DNA of 64,000 nucleotides from SAR324 cluster bacterium (GTDB lineage Bacteria; SAR324; NAC60-12): NCBI GenBank assembly GCA_015232315.1, contig JADFZZ010000021.1, positions 2,006 to 66,005 of the forward strand, read 5' to 3'. Shown piece by piece: positions 10,501 to 19,071 of this stretch (position 1 is its first letter; each line of letters starts with the position of its first letter). The notes under the pieces were generated by a model. It saw only the letters and a program-made list of their open reading frames with translations, ran no database searches and was not told where the DNA came from. The position numbers and the translations under genes were made by a program.

Positions 10501-13500
10501 ATCGAAACCTGCCGGGGGTAAGGCTTAATGGCGGTGGCAACTTTTTCTTTATCCGCGAATACCGCCACCATCTCACCGTTTCCGGGCAATGCCTGCATCA
10601 AACGCCCTCGTTCCGCGATCAATTTCAGGCCATCCTCCAAACTAAAGACTCCCGCCACACAGGCCGCGACATATTCACCAACACTGTGGCCCATCACATA
10701 ATCCGGTTTAATCCCCCAGGATTGCCACAATTCCGCAAGAGCATATTCGAGGGCAAACAAGGCAGGTTGGGTGTAAGCGGTCTCATCCAGGGGTGAGGTT
10801 TCTTTTCCCTGTTCCGCTTTGTGGGACGGATAAAGCACTTCTAACAACGGCTGTTCCAGATAATCGCGTAAAATCTCGTCGCAACGATCCAGAGTTTTAC
10901 GGAAAGTAGGTTGTGTTTCATAAAGTTGCCGCCCCATTTCCACATATTGAGATCCCTGTCCGGTAAATAAAAAAGCGATAGGGGGACTTGGAGACCGAAC
11001 CGTTGAGGTTTTCACGTCGGCAAGCGCGGTGCGAAATTCCTGAGAGGATTTAGCTACCACAGCAAGGCGCTGATCAAAATGGACTCGCCCTGTATTTGCG
11101 GTAAAACAAAGATTCGCTAAGGATGTCTCTGGATGAGTGGCTAAAAAGGTGTCGTAACGTCTTACTAAATCTTGTAATGCCGCCTCACTTTTTGCGGAAA
11201 GTGTCAGTAGATGCTGTGGACGTTCCAGTGTGTTATGGACGGGGGCCATCGCTGGAGCTTCTTCCAGGATCACATGAACATTGGCGCCGCCGATACCCAG
11301 GGAATTAACCCCGGCCCGGCGCGGAATTCCATTGGTTTCCCAAGCACTGAGTTTCGTGCTGACATAAAAAGGACTCTTGGCGAAATCAATATTTGGATTC
11401 GGATTTTCAAAATGAAGACTGGGCGGAATCTGCCGGTGCTGTAGCATCAGCACTGTTTTAATAAAACCCACGATTCCAGAAGCGATTTGAAGGTGTCCCA
11501 CATTGGTTTTAACAGAACCAATGGCACAAAAACCTGTTTTATCCGTAGTCATTCGAAAGGCTTGAGTGAGTCCGCCCACTTCAATGGGATCTCCCATGAT
11601 GGTACCGGTTCCATGTGTTTCCACATAAGTCACGGTATCCGCGGTGATGTTGGCTATCGCCATCGCTTCAGCGGCCACTTTGGCCTGTCCCTCGCCACTG
11701 GGCGCCAGATATCCGAGTTTCATCCCGCCATCATTATTGACGGCAGAACCTTTAATGACTCCATAAATTTGATCACCGTCCGCAAGGGCCTCTTTCAGGC
11801 GTTTCAGGGCCACCATGCCAGCGCCGCTTCCAAATATGGTTCCTTCCGCACGCGCGTCAAACGCCCGACAATGTCCATCGGGAGTCACGATCATTCCCTC
11901 TTGATATAAATGTCCGATTTTTTGTGGAACCTGGATGGAAACACCCCCGGCTAACACTATATCACACTCCCCTGTTTGCAGGCTTTGAACACCGGCATGA
12001 ATGGTCAACAGCGAGGTCGAACAGGCGGTCTGAAGATTGACGCTGGGGCCACGCAAATTGAGCTTATAGGAGACACGGGTGGTCAGATAATCCTTGTCGT
12101 TGGCGACCATCAACTGGAAACCGCCCATGGAGTCCAAAGTCATCACACTGAGATCATCATGGGTATCCAGTTTGTGTCGATTGGGATAAATATTATTCAT
12201 TAAATAAGTATTCATCGCCGCACCCGCATAGACGCCTACCAACCCCTCATAAGTGATCGGATTATAACCGGCATCTTCCATACATTCCCAGGAACATTCC
12301 AGGAGCAGGCGCTGTTGAGGATCCATCAATTCAACTTCTCTGGCGTTAAAACCAAAAAACCCAGCGTCGAAGGATTCAATATCGGACAGGATGGGATTGG
12401 CCCTGACATAATCGGGATTGTGGACCAGGTCCGGGTCTACCCCGGAAGCGATGACTTCTTCCGCGGTAAAAAAGTCAATGGATTCAACTCCATTTTTCAG
12501 ATTTTGCCAGAATTCATCCAGATTTTCCGCACCCGGAAAACGGCAGGCCATGCCAATCACAGCGATATCAGAATCATTAATTGCCGCACGATTCGCACGA
12601 ATCTGTGCTCTTGCGTAGCCTTGCTGAGCCGCTGTGTGTTTTTGGAGGGATTGGGATTGACTCAAATGACTGGCCAGGGTCGCAATGGTCGGGTAATTGA
12701 ACATGTCCACAATAGAGAGTTGTATGCCGAGTTTTTCCTCTAATTGAGTTTGAGTTTGAACCAATAATAAAGAATGTCCGCCCAATTCAAAGAAATTCTC
12801 ATGCACTCCCACTTCAGGTACCCCTAAAACCGTTTGCCAGATTTGAGCAATCTGCTGTTCAAGGGAAGAGCCTGGGACGGCTTGCCCTTTGGGTTTGCCG
12901 GAAACGTTGTTGTGGGCCAGTTGAATTCTGTCAATAGCACCGTCCTCTGTTAACGGCATTTGAGGTAATTGGACAAAATGGCATTCCGTTGGTGTTTGGA
13001 AACGGTCCGGTACCGTCGTGGGTAATTGGGATTTTGAGAAGTCGTTGCCAGTGGTTGTGAAATACCCGGTTAGTTTCTGCACGGATATAGTGTCTGACTC
13101 CATGTAACGGCGAAGGTGGGGAGTATTGCCGTCTAAACCAATGAACAGTTGCGATTGTTGATAGCGTAGCCCGATCAGTAATGAAACCAATCCTTGTTTG
13201 GCGGTAATGGGGTAATATCCGTGAGCACGAAGGGTATCTTTCATCCGTGAATGACGATTCATTCCTGTGTCGCCCCATAAGCTCCAGTGAAAGCAATAAC
13301 TTCGCAGGTGACATTGATAGTTTTGATAATGAGAAAAACTCTCGAGAAAGCGACTTGCCGCAGAAAAAGCACCCACCGCCGCGCCGCCAAAGAAACTATT
13401 CACGGAGGAAAAGTTGATGAAAAGACTCCCAGGCTGATGCTTGATGAGTTGGTGGAGATTCCATGTTCCCAGCACTTTGGGACTCAGCAGGGCTGAAAAA

Positions 13501-16500
13501 CTCTCAGGGGTTTCCTCCATCAGGGTTTGTTCATGGTAAGTTCCGGCCAGGTGGATGATCCCATCGAGTTCACAATTCCATTGTGCTTTTGCGTGGGCCA
13601 GTGCCTGTTGCAAGGATTCAAGCTCACAAACATCAACGGCTTGATAAATGATTGTTCCTCCAAGCGGTTCCAGGGTCTGATAGGCCTTGATACGTTCTGA
13701 AACATCATCTGATCCGGTAATATGAGACGCCCAGGTATCTTTTTCAGGCAACCGGGTACGCCCTATCAATAATAAGCGGGCGTTATAATGGGTTAACAGG
13801 TATTTGGCGATTTCGACACCAATACCGCCCAAGCCTCCACTTATCAGATAGGTTCCCTCTTTTTTAAAAGGAAGTGTTTGAGGGGCAAGGTCGAGTAGTG
13901 GTCGTTTTTCTAAACGCGTTATCCAACGCTGGTTGTTGCGAAACGCCACTTCAGGTTCGGCGGATAATTCGCGAATCTCCCGCAGAATGTGGGCCACATG
14001 TTCCTGAATCTGGTTTTCTGTTCCGGTTTTATCAGAATCTATGCTGGAAAAATCCACATGGTGACAATCCAAATCCGGTCGTTCCTGCGAAATCGTTTTA
14101 ATGAGTCCCAACATAGGAGCTTTTTCAAAAGCTATGTTTTCCTCAGAAAAGACGTTCTGGGCATTATTGGAAACAACCAGTATATCCAATGTCTGCTCAT
14201 GATTGTTCCTGCCCAAAGCCTGTACCATGTTCAGTAAACTGTAGACCCCAATTGACAGACCCTGTTTGAACGCATCGAGGGTCTCCTCATTTCCCGGATT
14301 TTTATCATAAGTCCACAAATGTAAGAGTTGATCCACCTTGAAGTCATCAGCGGTCAACGCTTCCATCAAACGCCGATAATGATCCGGTTGATCGGGAGCA
14401 ATCCTATAGTGTCGGTTATCAATTTTAGTGAATTCAGTGCCCACATCGACAGTGACCACGGGCTGATTCAATTTTGTCAATTCAAGGCTTAGTGCTTTTC
14501 CCAGTCCGATCGTATCCGCAAATATTAAAAATTGACCGTTTCGTAGTGGACGCGTTAAGGCCGCAGGCGATTTCTTCCGCCAGATTTTATGGTAGAACCA
14601 GTCAGGCAAAGAGTTCGGCGTGTCGAACCCGAATTGATGAAGAATGAGGTCAAATTCTCCAGACTGAAAACGCTGACTCAGTTGTGAACGTTGAATTTTA
14701 CCAATGGCAGTTTTAGGAATCGTCTCCTTTTTTACCGGAATGAGATAATCCGGACGGATACCGACTTTCTGAGCTACGGTCCCGCGAATTTTTTTAATCA
14801 GGGTTGTCAAAAAATGAGGTTCTTCAAGCGGAGAGACAAAAAAGATGGCCAATTTGTCGCTGTGATCACCAGGCAGGTGTACCGCGCAAGCCGCCGTATA
14901 GGAAATTTCAAGGTGCTCCAGTTCCTCAACGACCGCCTCAATTTCATGGCTATAAAAATTGACGCCGTTGATGATGATGTCGTCCTTATCGCGTCCGGTC
15001 AAAATTAAATGACCCTCCTGTAAATAACCAAGATCCCCCGTATTAAACCAACCATCTTCAGTGAATTGTTCCCGGTTACGCTCAGGATTTTTATAATATC
15101 CCACAGTCACCGAGGGGCCTTTGACCTGAAAGCGACCGATTGTCCCTTCTGACACTATTTGATTATTATCGTCAACAATTCGAAGCGAGGCACCGGGAAT
15201 AGGTCTCCCCAATTCAACAAAGGAAGTATCATCTGAGGAGTTTTCTAATGTAAAACCTTCAGACCAGGTGATCCCTGAACAGGTTTCCGACATGCCAAAA
15301 GCCGGGCGCAGCGCATGGCTGGGCATCCCGTAGGACTGGAGCAGTTTTAAAAATTTCCGGGCTGTTTTCGCGACAATCTGCTCACCGGCGTTGACCAGAA
15401 ACCTCATCGAGGATAAATCCCATTGCCGCTGACTGATTTCCCCGGCACGTTCATTGATCAAGGAAAACGCGAAATTGGGTGCCCACGAAACAGAGGCCCG
15501 GTGGCGTTCGATCAACTCCAGCCAATGGAGGGGATTTTTCAGAATAAAATCAGTCGGAACATGAATTTGTTTACACCCTGAATCCACGGCCACAATGCCA
15601 AGAAAAACAATGGCACCCACATGATCGAGCGGCATCCAGTTCAACGTCACATCCTGACTTGAAAAACGATTCATTTGCACAGTGCCTGCTGACATACTTA
15701 ACAGATTACGATGGTTCAGCATCACGGCCTTGGGCATTCCGGTACTGCCGGAAGTTAAGAGCAACAAGGTCAAATCATCGGGCTGACTTTCATGAATATC
15801 CTGAGCGGGTTCGTTGTTTTTCAGGTGATCCACGGTTTCAACCCTGAAATCTTTTATGTTCAGGAGGGTTGACAGCGATCGAACATTTTGTACCAAGCCC
15901 TTGTCAGTCAGCACCAGGGGGTGTTCCAGCATCTGCCAGGCATGGTGTATTTTGGTAACGACATTATTGATTTGTTTGTAGGTTGGCGCGATGGAGATGG
16001 GAACCGGGATAAAACCGCCCAGGATACAGCCCCAGAAAGCGGGAATAAAATCCTGCCCGGGTTCGATTTGAAAAATAACCTTATCCTGTGGCTTTAGCCC
16101 CTGTTTTCTTAAACCTGTTAAAATTCTTCGCGCTTCTCCCAATAAATCAGGATAGGATTGAAATTGCTCCGAACCATCAGACTGAACATACACGACACCG
16201 TGTTCTGAGTTTTGTGCCGCTCGTTCAAGAATGTCCGACAGGCGTTTGGGGGCATCCGCTTCCAGCGTCAAGGGCCCGCTATAACTGAGGGCCAGTTTTT
16301 TTGAGTCGGAAACGGCCTGTGAAACTTTTGATTTGCCGGACACGCTTGTTACCGGCGCATTGCCGGAGATGGTTTTCCAATCGGGAAGCAACCCGGATAA
16401 AGGCAACGCTGACAGCTTCTCGATTTTTTCCTGCATTACCACAGCGACCTGATTGATTTCTGGTAACGCCTGAATTCGTTGTTCCCATTGTTGAGCCACC

Positions 16501-16808
16501 TCGTCATCCAGAATCGGCAAACAGGAAAGTGCGGCATCATCCAACTGACCATCATCTGTCAAGGGCAGGGCCGATAAAGGGACATAAGCCGCTGGCAACA
16601 GTTCTGCCGCTAATCGGGTTTGTAAATAGGAATGCAGTCGTTCCGGCGCAAACGGACGATTTAAAACCACAAACGCGATGATTTGCCGCTCAGCAGTGTT
16701 TGTCTGTCGAATTTGTATGGCACATTCCTCAACCGAATGTTCGTCGGACAAAGCGATCGCAATCGTTTCCAGTTCGTTCATGTTATTAGTTACCATCGTC
16801 ATGCTCAA
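4551..16808 (-). CDS. Hybrid NRPS-PKS megasynthase (4085 aa). Domain order, N to C (nt positions approximate):
- degenerate A-domain C-terminal-subdomain remnant (16496-16781)
- FAAL-type AMP-binding domain (14663-16241)
- KR-like domain lacking the catalytic Tyr (13118-14588)
- PCP (12656-12863)
- KS (11258-12575)
- malonyl-type AT (10073-10982)
- DH (9038-9872)
- KR (7553-8981)
- SAM-dependent MT (6428-7451)
- ACP (6023-6266)
- C domain (4554-5888)
   Basis: Motifs read from the translation:
- FAAL: LLLTSGSTGMPKAV, AFGMSET, KTAIGKIQR
- KR-like domain: GGLGGIG, with FSSVNSFFGGAAVGAFSAAS where NYAAAN is expected
- PCP: FELGGHSLLL
- KS: TACSTSL, HGTGT, NVGHL
- AT: GHSVGE, HAFHS
- DH: LADHLIYNKM, with a divergent HxxxGxxxxP
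- second KR: GGAGGIG, NYAAAS
- MT: LEIGAGTGGTT
- ACP: LDYGVDSL
- C domain: VHHIVMDV

The ORF-track start at 16808 is a TTG. ATG codons lie 6 and 12 nt downstream. Confidence 0.95.
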   Translation of the reverse strand: MSMTMVTNNMNELETIAIALSDEHSVEECAIQIRQTNTAERQIIAFVVLNRPFAPERLHSYLQTRLAAELLPAAYVPLSALPLTDDGQLDDAALSCLPILDDEVAQQWEQRIQALPEINQVAVVMQEKIEKLSALPLSGLLPDWKTISGNAPVTSVSGKSKVSQAVSDSKKLALSYSGPLTLEADAPKRLSDILERAAQNSEHGVVYVQSDGSEQFQSYPDLLGEARRILTGLRKQGLKPQDKVIFQIEPGQDFIPAFWGCILGGFIPVPISIAPTYKQINNVVTKIHHAWQMLEHPLVLTDKGLVQNVRSLSTLLNIKDFRVETVDHLKNNEPAQDIHESQPDDLTLLLLTSGSTGMPKAVMLNHRNLLSMSAGTVQMNRFSSQDVTLNWMPLDHVGAIVFLGIVAVDSGCKQIHVPTDFILKNPLHWLELIERHRASVSWAPNFAFSLINERAGEISQRQWDLSSMRFLVNAGEQIVAKTARKFLKLLQSYGMPSHALRPAFGMSETCSGITWSEGFTLENSSDDTSFVELGRPIPGASLRIVDDNNQIVSEGTIGRFQVKGPSVTVGYYKNPERNREQFTEDGWFNTGDLGYLQEGHLILTGRDKDDIIINGVNFYSHEIEAVVEELEHLEISYTAACAVHLPGDHSDKLAIFFVSPLEEPHFLTTLIKKIRGTVAQKVGIRPDYLIPVKKETIPKTAIGKIQRSQLSQRFQSGEFDLILHQFGFDTPNSLPDWFYHKIWRKKSPAALTRPLRNGQFLIFADTIGLGKALSLELTKLNQPVVTVDVGTEFTKIDNRHYRIAPDQPDHYRRLMEALTADDFKVDQLLHLWTYDKNPGNEETLDAFKQGLSIGVYSLLNMVQALGRNNHEQTLDILVVSNNAQNVFSEENIAFEKAPMLGLIKTISQERPDLDCHHVDFSSIDSDKTGTENQIQEHVAHILREIRELSAEPEVAFRNNQRWITRLEKRPLLDLAPQTLPFKKEGTYLISGGLGGIGVEIAKYLLTHYNARLLLIGRTRLPEKDTWASHITGSDDVSERIKAYQTLEPLGGTIIYQAVDVCELESLQQALAHAKAQWNCELDGIIHLAGTYHEQTLMEETPESFSALLSPKVLGTWNLHQLIKHQPGSLFINFSSVNSFFGGAAVGAFSAASRFLESFSHYQNYQCHLRSYCFHWSLWGDTGMNRHSRMKDTLRAHGYYPITAKQGLVSLLIGLRYQQSQLFIGLDGNTPHLRRYMESDTISVQKLTGYFTTTGNDFSKSQLPTTVPDRFQTPTECHFVQLPQMPLTEDGAIDRIQLAHNNVSGKPKGQAVPGSSLEQQIAQIWQTVLGVPEVGVHENFFELGGHSLLLVQTQTQLEEKLGIQLSIVDMFNYPTIATLASHLSQSQSLQKHTAAQQGYARAQIRANRAAINDSDIAVIGMACRFPGAENLDEFWQNLKNGVESIDFFTAEEVIASGVDPDLVHNPDYVRANPILSDIESFDAGFFGFNAREVELMDPQQRLLLECSWECMEDAGYNPITYEGLVGVYAGAAMNTYLMNNIYPNRHKLDTHDDLSVMTLDSMGGFQLMVANDKDYLTTRVSYKLNLRGPSVNLQTACSTSLLTIHAGVQSLQTGECDIVLAGGVSIQVPQKIGHLYQEGMIVTPDGHCRAFDARAEGTIFGSGAGMVALKRLKEALADGDQIYGVIKGSAVNNDGGMKLGYLAPSGEGQAKVAAEAMAIANITADTVTYVETHGTGTIMGDPIEVGGLTQAFRMTTDKTGFCAIGSVKTNVGHLQIASGIVGFIKTVLMLQHRQIPPSLHFENPNPNIDFAKSPFYVSTKLSAWETNGIPRRAGVNSLGIGGANVHVILEEAPAMAPVHNTLERPQHLLTLSAKSEAALQDLVRRYDTFLATHPETSLANLCFTANTGRVHFDQRLAVVAKSSQEFRTALADVKTSTVRSPSPPIAFLFTGQGSQYVEMGRQLYETQPTFRKTLDRCDEILRDYLEQPLLEVLYPSHKAEQGKETSPLDETAYTQPALFALEYALAELWQSWGIKPDYVMGHSVGEYVAACVAGVFSLEDGLKLIAERGRLMQALPGNGEMVAVFADKEKVATAIKPYPRQVSIAALNGPENIVISGQREALATIIAKLETEGLKTNPLTVSHAFHSPLIEPMVPAFSKVVEEVTLSLPGINLISNLTGEVASAEITTPEYWCQHITQPVNFAQSMATLHKQGCEVFVEIGPKPVLLGMGHSCLPEDVGVWLPSLRKGAEDWQQLLQSLGELYGLGAAIDWTAFDHDYQRRRVALPTYPFQRQRYWIDRPTERLEPSHSANTQLHPLLDKQIISPFLESTVFETFFHRDKLSFLADHLIYNKMVVSGSCYISMILEAAEITFGVKNCVLEDVLFEQPLIIPDEGCTVQLAFIPEEPNKSSFKLISSGKNKDRWLTHVSGKILTEPRFDDVKPGSGFLTKLLDRCSKAIPVDDFFQSQRKRQIDLGPAYQWIESIRQGNREAICRLIPPAALSGLAKYQLHPGLIDGGFELSLLAMDRTLEETFVPFRIEKVLFYQNSRQQPLWGHCQLQPDSGNDSLLGDIRLFDEQGNPAIEFLGFEGRKADPRAMQRQQRPLTFCVPEWVPSPLAPDSKSMPSAATVILIYPADVAQEIRDLSRYLAEAHRDATVYEILLGKEGESSPAFSRQGVLQRTQIQTNDPSAIGHLLEKIEAPDVIYFFAGIYDPLDKDPEVLKQSQEESVFSLFRLVQALNRKETVRDRIKITVITTNAWQVYSQKSLNPYVASVTGFSKSVAREFPDLETRCVDVSLADLQNSLSKTGDLIVMESSRKDAEEIALRDGIRYVKKLLPISLSEIQKTPFKQQGVYLIVGGAGGIGLALSEYLASAVQARLIWVGRSKMDDALADKIARIEKAGGKVLYIQADVTNPQSMRQALEQAKSSFGPINGAIHSALVLRDSSVMNMNEEILAQVLAPKVNGSVFLHRALAGEALDFMMFFSSIQSFLGNQGQSNYAAASTFEDSFAQYLKQKMSYPVKVINWGYWGNVGVVASEKYREKLSAQGIYSIEVQEGMQAIERALENPFNQLAVVKAENNALTAMGIELKKQSHLYPEAIPSVVENFSEQIQGLPEQIKKLQTFEVALGELEAFSRELLLAAYQRMGVFKTPDERYTRTELRQHLGIQPDYDRLFDAHLDILTRAGVIEKQGEHIITAQETGKFQLRIKEDLLRQFPSIQPHLRLLGECIAHYPAILRGETPATNIMFPDSSPELVEGIYKKNVTADYFNTRVAESLRLYVEKRLSLTKGNEAPIRILEIGAGTGGTTSLVLEAVKAYSPHIHYVYTDISPTLTQYGKKLLGEQYPFMTFSVLDIEKDLQNQGYKPDDFDIVLAANVLHATKRIRNTLTQIKSLLKRNGVLIINELSKAPDFVTLTFGLLKGWWLYEDEEIRLGGGPLLNFRLWNRVLEEEGYAKITNLGDPGLGELHEPHQIVIAESNGVVAYQKQTPSSITTKERSPSSPSSDNFPALSPQTDVGKKSLKLTIEEKVTACVNSTLGLVNDSVAREKSFLDYGVDSLMSIEIINKINKIFGIKLKTTALYNYGNVQQLSDHIYVEYAKKFPEVQPEEQQRIGETPDRSVNDEAIQERTVQDTDLIPVSREGNMPLSFSQQRYWLHQTSNPDGCFHNFPRWFRLTGKLDFKILQQSLNEIVHRHEILRTTFPLVEGSPVQSIAPTSTINITITDLRGMSEQAQTEEVKRLADEDIQRRAFDLVTGPLLRVTLIRLAEESHILLLCVHHIVMDVWSMEIFLKELTIFYKAIISGASVSLPGLPIQYADYAVWQQQSFSGEALETKLNYWRNWLGWGEPPLLELPADRPRQPVPAFRAGTELYELPSELVKNLKNLNKQTGTTLFTSILSALTTLLYRYSGCQDIVVGSPFANRNQSELEHLIGMIGSTLLLRLDFSENPGFSDLLRQAQQVVNEAISNQDLPFEQMSKILQPERKVDTPLFRILLSFFPMEPSEQFLLPDLTISSMPLDELVTRPDLALLIWEKKTPTGNTLRGWWRYRKDLFDAETVIRIIENFQSVLEEMVLNPDQSVSSFPMLM

Positions 16809-16861
16809 TCGTTTGAAGAGGGTTAAGCGTCAATCGCATAGAATGTGGGGGAATCTTTTAT

Positions 16862-18277
16862 TCAGGAATGAATAAGCTGTTGTCGATCCACTTTACCATT
16901 TGCCAGCAGTGGTAAGGATTTGACCAGAATAATTTGATCTGGAATGGCATTTCTGGATAAAAGGTCAAAACATTCGGTTCGAATATTTTTTTCCGTCATT
17001 TCAAGGTTTTTGGAAAGGACACAATAGGCTACAAGGTTTTTTCCACGTTGGCTTTCTCCTTTGGAAACCACAACCGCTGAATCTATTCCAGCAATTGTTT
17101 CAAGGGCTTTTTCCACATCAGCAAAGAACACCAGCAGTCCATCCCGATTAACACTATGATCACATCTTCCCAGAACTTCTATCTGCTGTTCCTGCCAGAT
17201 TCTACCAAAATCCTTTGTCCTGAACCAGCCTTCCCGCAGTTCCTGTCCCAAATCAATGGGGCCTCCATTTTCATCAACGTATCCTTCAAAACCAGATTGA
17301 TGGCGGCACCAAAGCTCGCCAATGTCTGTGGATTCCGCAATTTTTTCCATACGCATTTGAACATTCGGCATTGGTGTTCCTGCTGTTTTCGCACGAAATT
17401 CGAAGGATGTATCAGGGCTGGATGCCGCTATCGCGCCCATTTCGGTACTGCCATACAACTGGACCAAACGACCGCAAAGCGCTTCATACTGGCTGAAAAC
17501 CTCACCTCTGAACCGATCTCCCGCAGTGACGGTTAGTTTATAGGTTCTTGGAGACTTGCGGCCTTTCACTAAAGTTTCGCAGAAAATAGGAGTCATGAAA
17601 ACGACATTGGGGTTAAATTCCTTTTCCCGTTGCAGGTATCGAAGAATATTCGCGCCCTTTTGCAGGTCAATGGACGCGTTAACGGCGACTGCCGGCAAAA
17701 AGGCGGCACCCAAACCATACATATGAAAAACAGGAACCGGGATCGCGATTCGATCATTGCTGTCAAGCTCCAGTCTTCGCACACAATTGAGTACATTTTC
17801 CTGTAGTTTCGTATGCGCATGAACCGCCATTTTAGGGGAGCCTGTGCTTCCTGAAGTACGCATATAAAGTTTTTGGACACCGGCATGAGTTGTTCCGTTT
17901 TTTCCTTCATTGGGAATAACGCGTAAAAATCGTTCAGGATTTAAATAATCAGTTTGTGTCTGAGCAGGAACACTTTCGGTTCTAAGCCGATAGTGACAGA
18001 ACCCGGGAAGGGACAATTTAAGGGAGGTTTGAGGAATTAACAGAAAGCTGTAGCCTTTTTCCAACAGGTACAAAAGAACCAGTGCGCCCGGTAAAGAATT
18101 TTCACATTCAAAAGCCAGACAAGCGCTATGGTTAATATTTTTTTCTGTCAAACAGGTTTCGATTTTGTCAAAGATGCCCGGAATTTCGTGATACGTGCAT
18201 TGAGACACTCCATCCATCAGCATGTTTGACCGCGAGTCTAAAGTGTCTGCAAATTGGCCAATGAACTTCATTTTCAT
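16862..18277 (-). CDS. Stand-alone adenylate-forming enzyme (aryl/acyl-CoA ligase or free-standing A domain). There is no carrier domain.
   Basis: Motifs MRTSGSTGSPKMAV (A3), LYGSTEMG (A5) and LPLLANGKVDRQQL (A10). The track ORF starts with TTG at 18301. The likely start is the ATG at 18277 (MKMKFIGQ), which is preceded by GGGGA. Confidence 0.8.
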   Translation of the reverse strand: MKMKFIGQFADTLDSRSNMLMDGVSQCTYHEIPGIFDKIETCLTEKNINHSACLAFECENSLPGALVLLYLLEKGYSFLLIPQTSLKLSLPGFCHYRLRTESVPAQTQTDYLNPERFLRVIPNEGKNGTTHAGVQKLYMRTSGSTGSPKMAVHAHTKLQENVLNCVRRLELDSNDRIAIPVPVFHMYGLGAAFLPAVAVNASIDLQKGANILRYLQREKEFNPNVVFMTPIFCETLVKGRKSPRTYKLTVTAGDRFRGEVFSQYEALCGRLVQLYGSTEMGAIAASSPDTSFEFRAKTAGTPMPNVQMRMEKIAESTDIGELWCRHQSGFEGYVDENGGPIDLGQELREGWFRTKDFGRIWQEQQIEVLGRCDHSVNRDGLLVFFADVEKALETIAGIDSAVVVSKGESQRGKNLVAYCVLSKNLEMTEKNIRTECFDLLSRNAIPDQIILVKSLPLLANGKVDRQQLIHS

Positions 18278-18351
18278 ATTTCCCCATTCACAATAAAACA
18301 AACCTACTTCCTGTGTTATTAACTCATGTTCCGTGTATGACTCTTGCTGGA

Positions 18352-18918
18352 CTAGAAGGAGCTTTCAGGAAATTTTTCTGTAATCATCATAACGGGTTGA
18401 TGATTCGAAAAAACCCGATAGGTACGAGAGAGCAGTTTGTCTGTTTTTTTAACTTTGAAATAAGCTGAAAAGTCTCCGGCATCATGCAGATCATATGAAA
18501 TGATTTCTTTAAATGTTTCTGTTTTGTGTTCTTTCCAAAGTTTGCCAATGGGGACATGAGAATGGATGAGTTGTGCTCTAAATTTTTCTTCAACCCGTTC
18601 AAGAACTATGGTGGATTCCGCATAAAGCCAATGACTACAGCTTGTTTTCCCCTGAAGCAGGATCTTCCGTTGCATAATTTCAGTGTCTTTGTTGATTTCT
18701 AAAGGCGAAATACTCGTTGTGGCCAAGAGGATTTCCTCTGATAATTTAACAACACCGATGGGTTCGTTTAAAAACGCTTCTAAAATGTTGGTTAACGTCC
18801 CGTCCGCAATCAATAAAATTCTTTGAAATGGGCTCAACCTATCTAAATCAATCTGGCTGTTTTCCAGAGAGTTCTTTGAAAACTCTTCAGCCATGGTCAG
18901 GATGCGTTTTATCTGCAT
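18352..18918 (-). CDS. Chorismate pyruvate-lyase (UbiC/DUF98 family)-like protein.
   Basis: 188 aa. Matches the UbiC-family pattern: LSPFQRILLIADGTLTNILEAF near the N-terminus and RTYRVFSNHQPVMMITEKFP near the C-terminus. AAGGA RBS. Family assignment is from memory of UbiC motifs. Moderate confidence. Confidence 0.5.
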   Translation of the reverse strand: MQIKRILTMAEEFSKNSLENSQIDLDRLSPFQRILLIADGTLTNILEAFLNEPIGVVKLSEEILLATTSISPLEINKDTEIMQRKILLQGKTSCSHWLYAESTIVLERVEEKFRAQLIHSHVPIGKLWKEHKTETFKEIISYDLHDAGDFSAYFKVKKTDKLLSRTYRVFSNHQPVMMITEKFPESSF

Positions 18919-19071
18919 GAGAGTGTCCTTTGATTTAATACTTTTTCCAATGTTGTATCATGGCCAATAGCTCTTGAAGTTCTCATTATGCTTCCATGTT
19001 TAAAAAAAGAGAACCTGGAGAACCAAAGACACTCAACATGCTAAAAATATTCACTTTAAAAGTTTAGGAAG

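Noticed and set aside
5343-12743. Many 60-140-aa ORFs on the plus strand inside the megasynthase gene.
   Set aside because: They are antisense to a continuous 12-kb coding frame with recognisable catalytic motifs, so they are chance ORFs.
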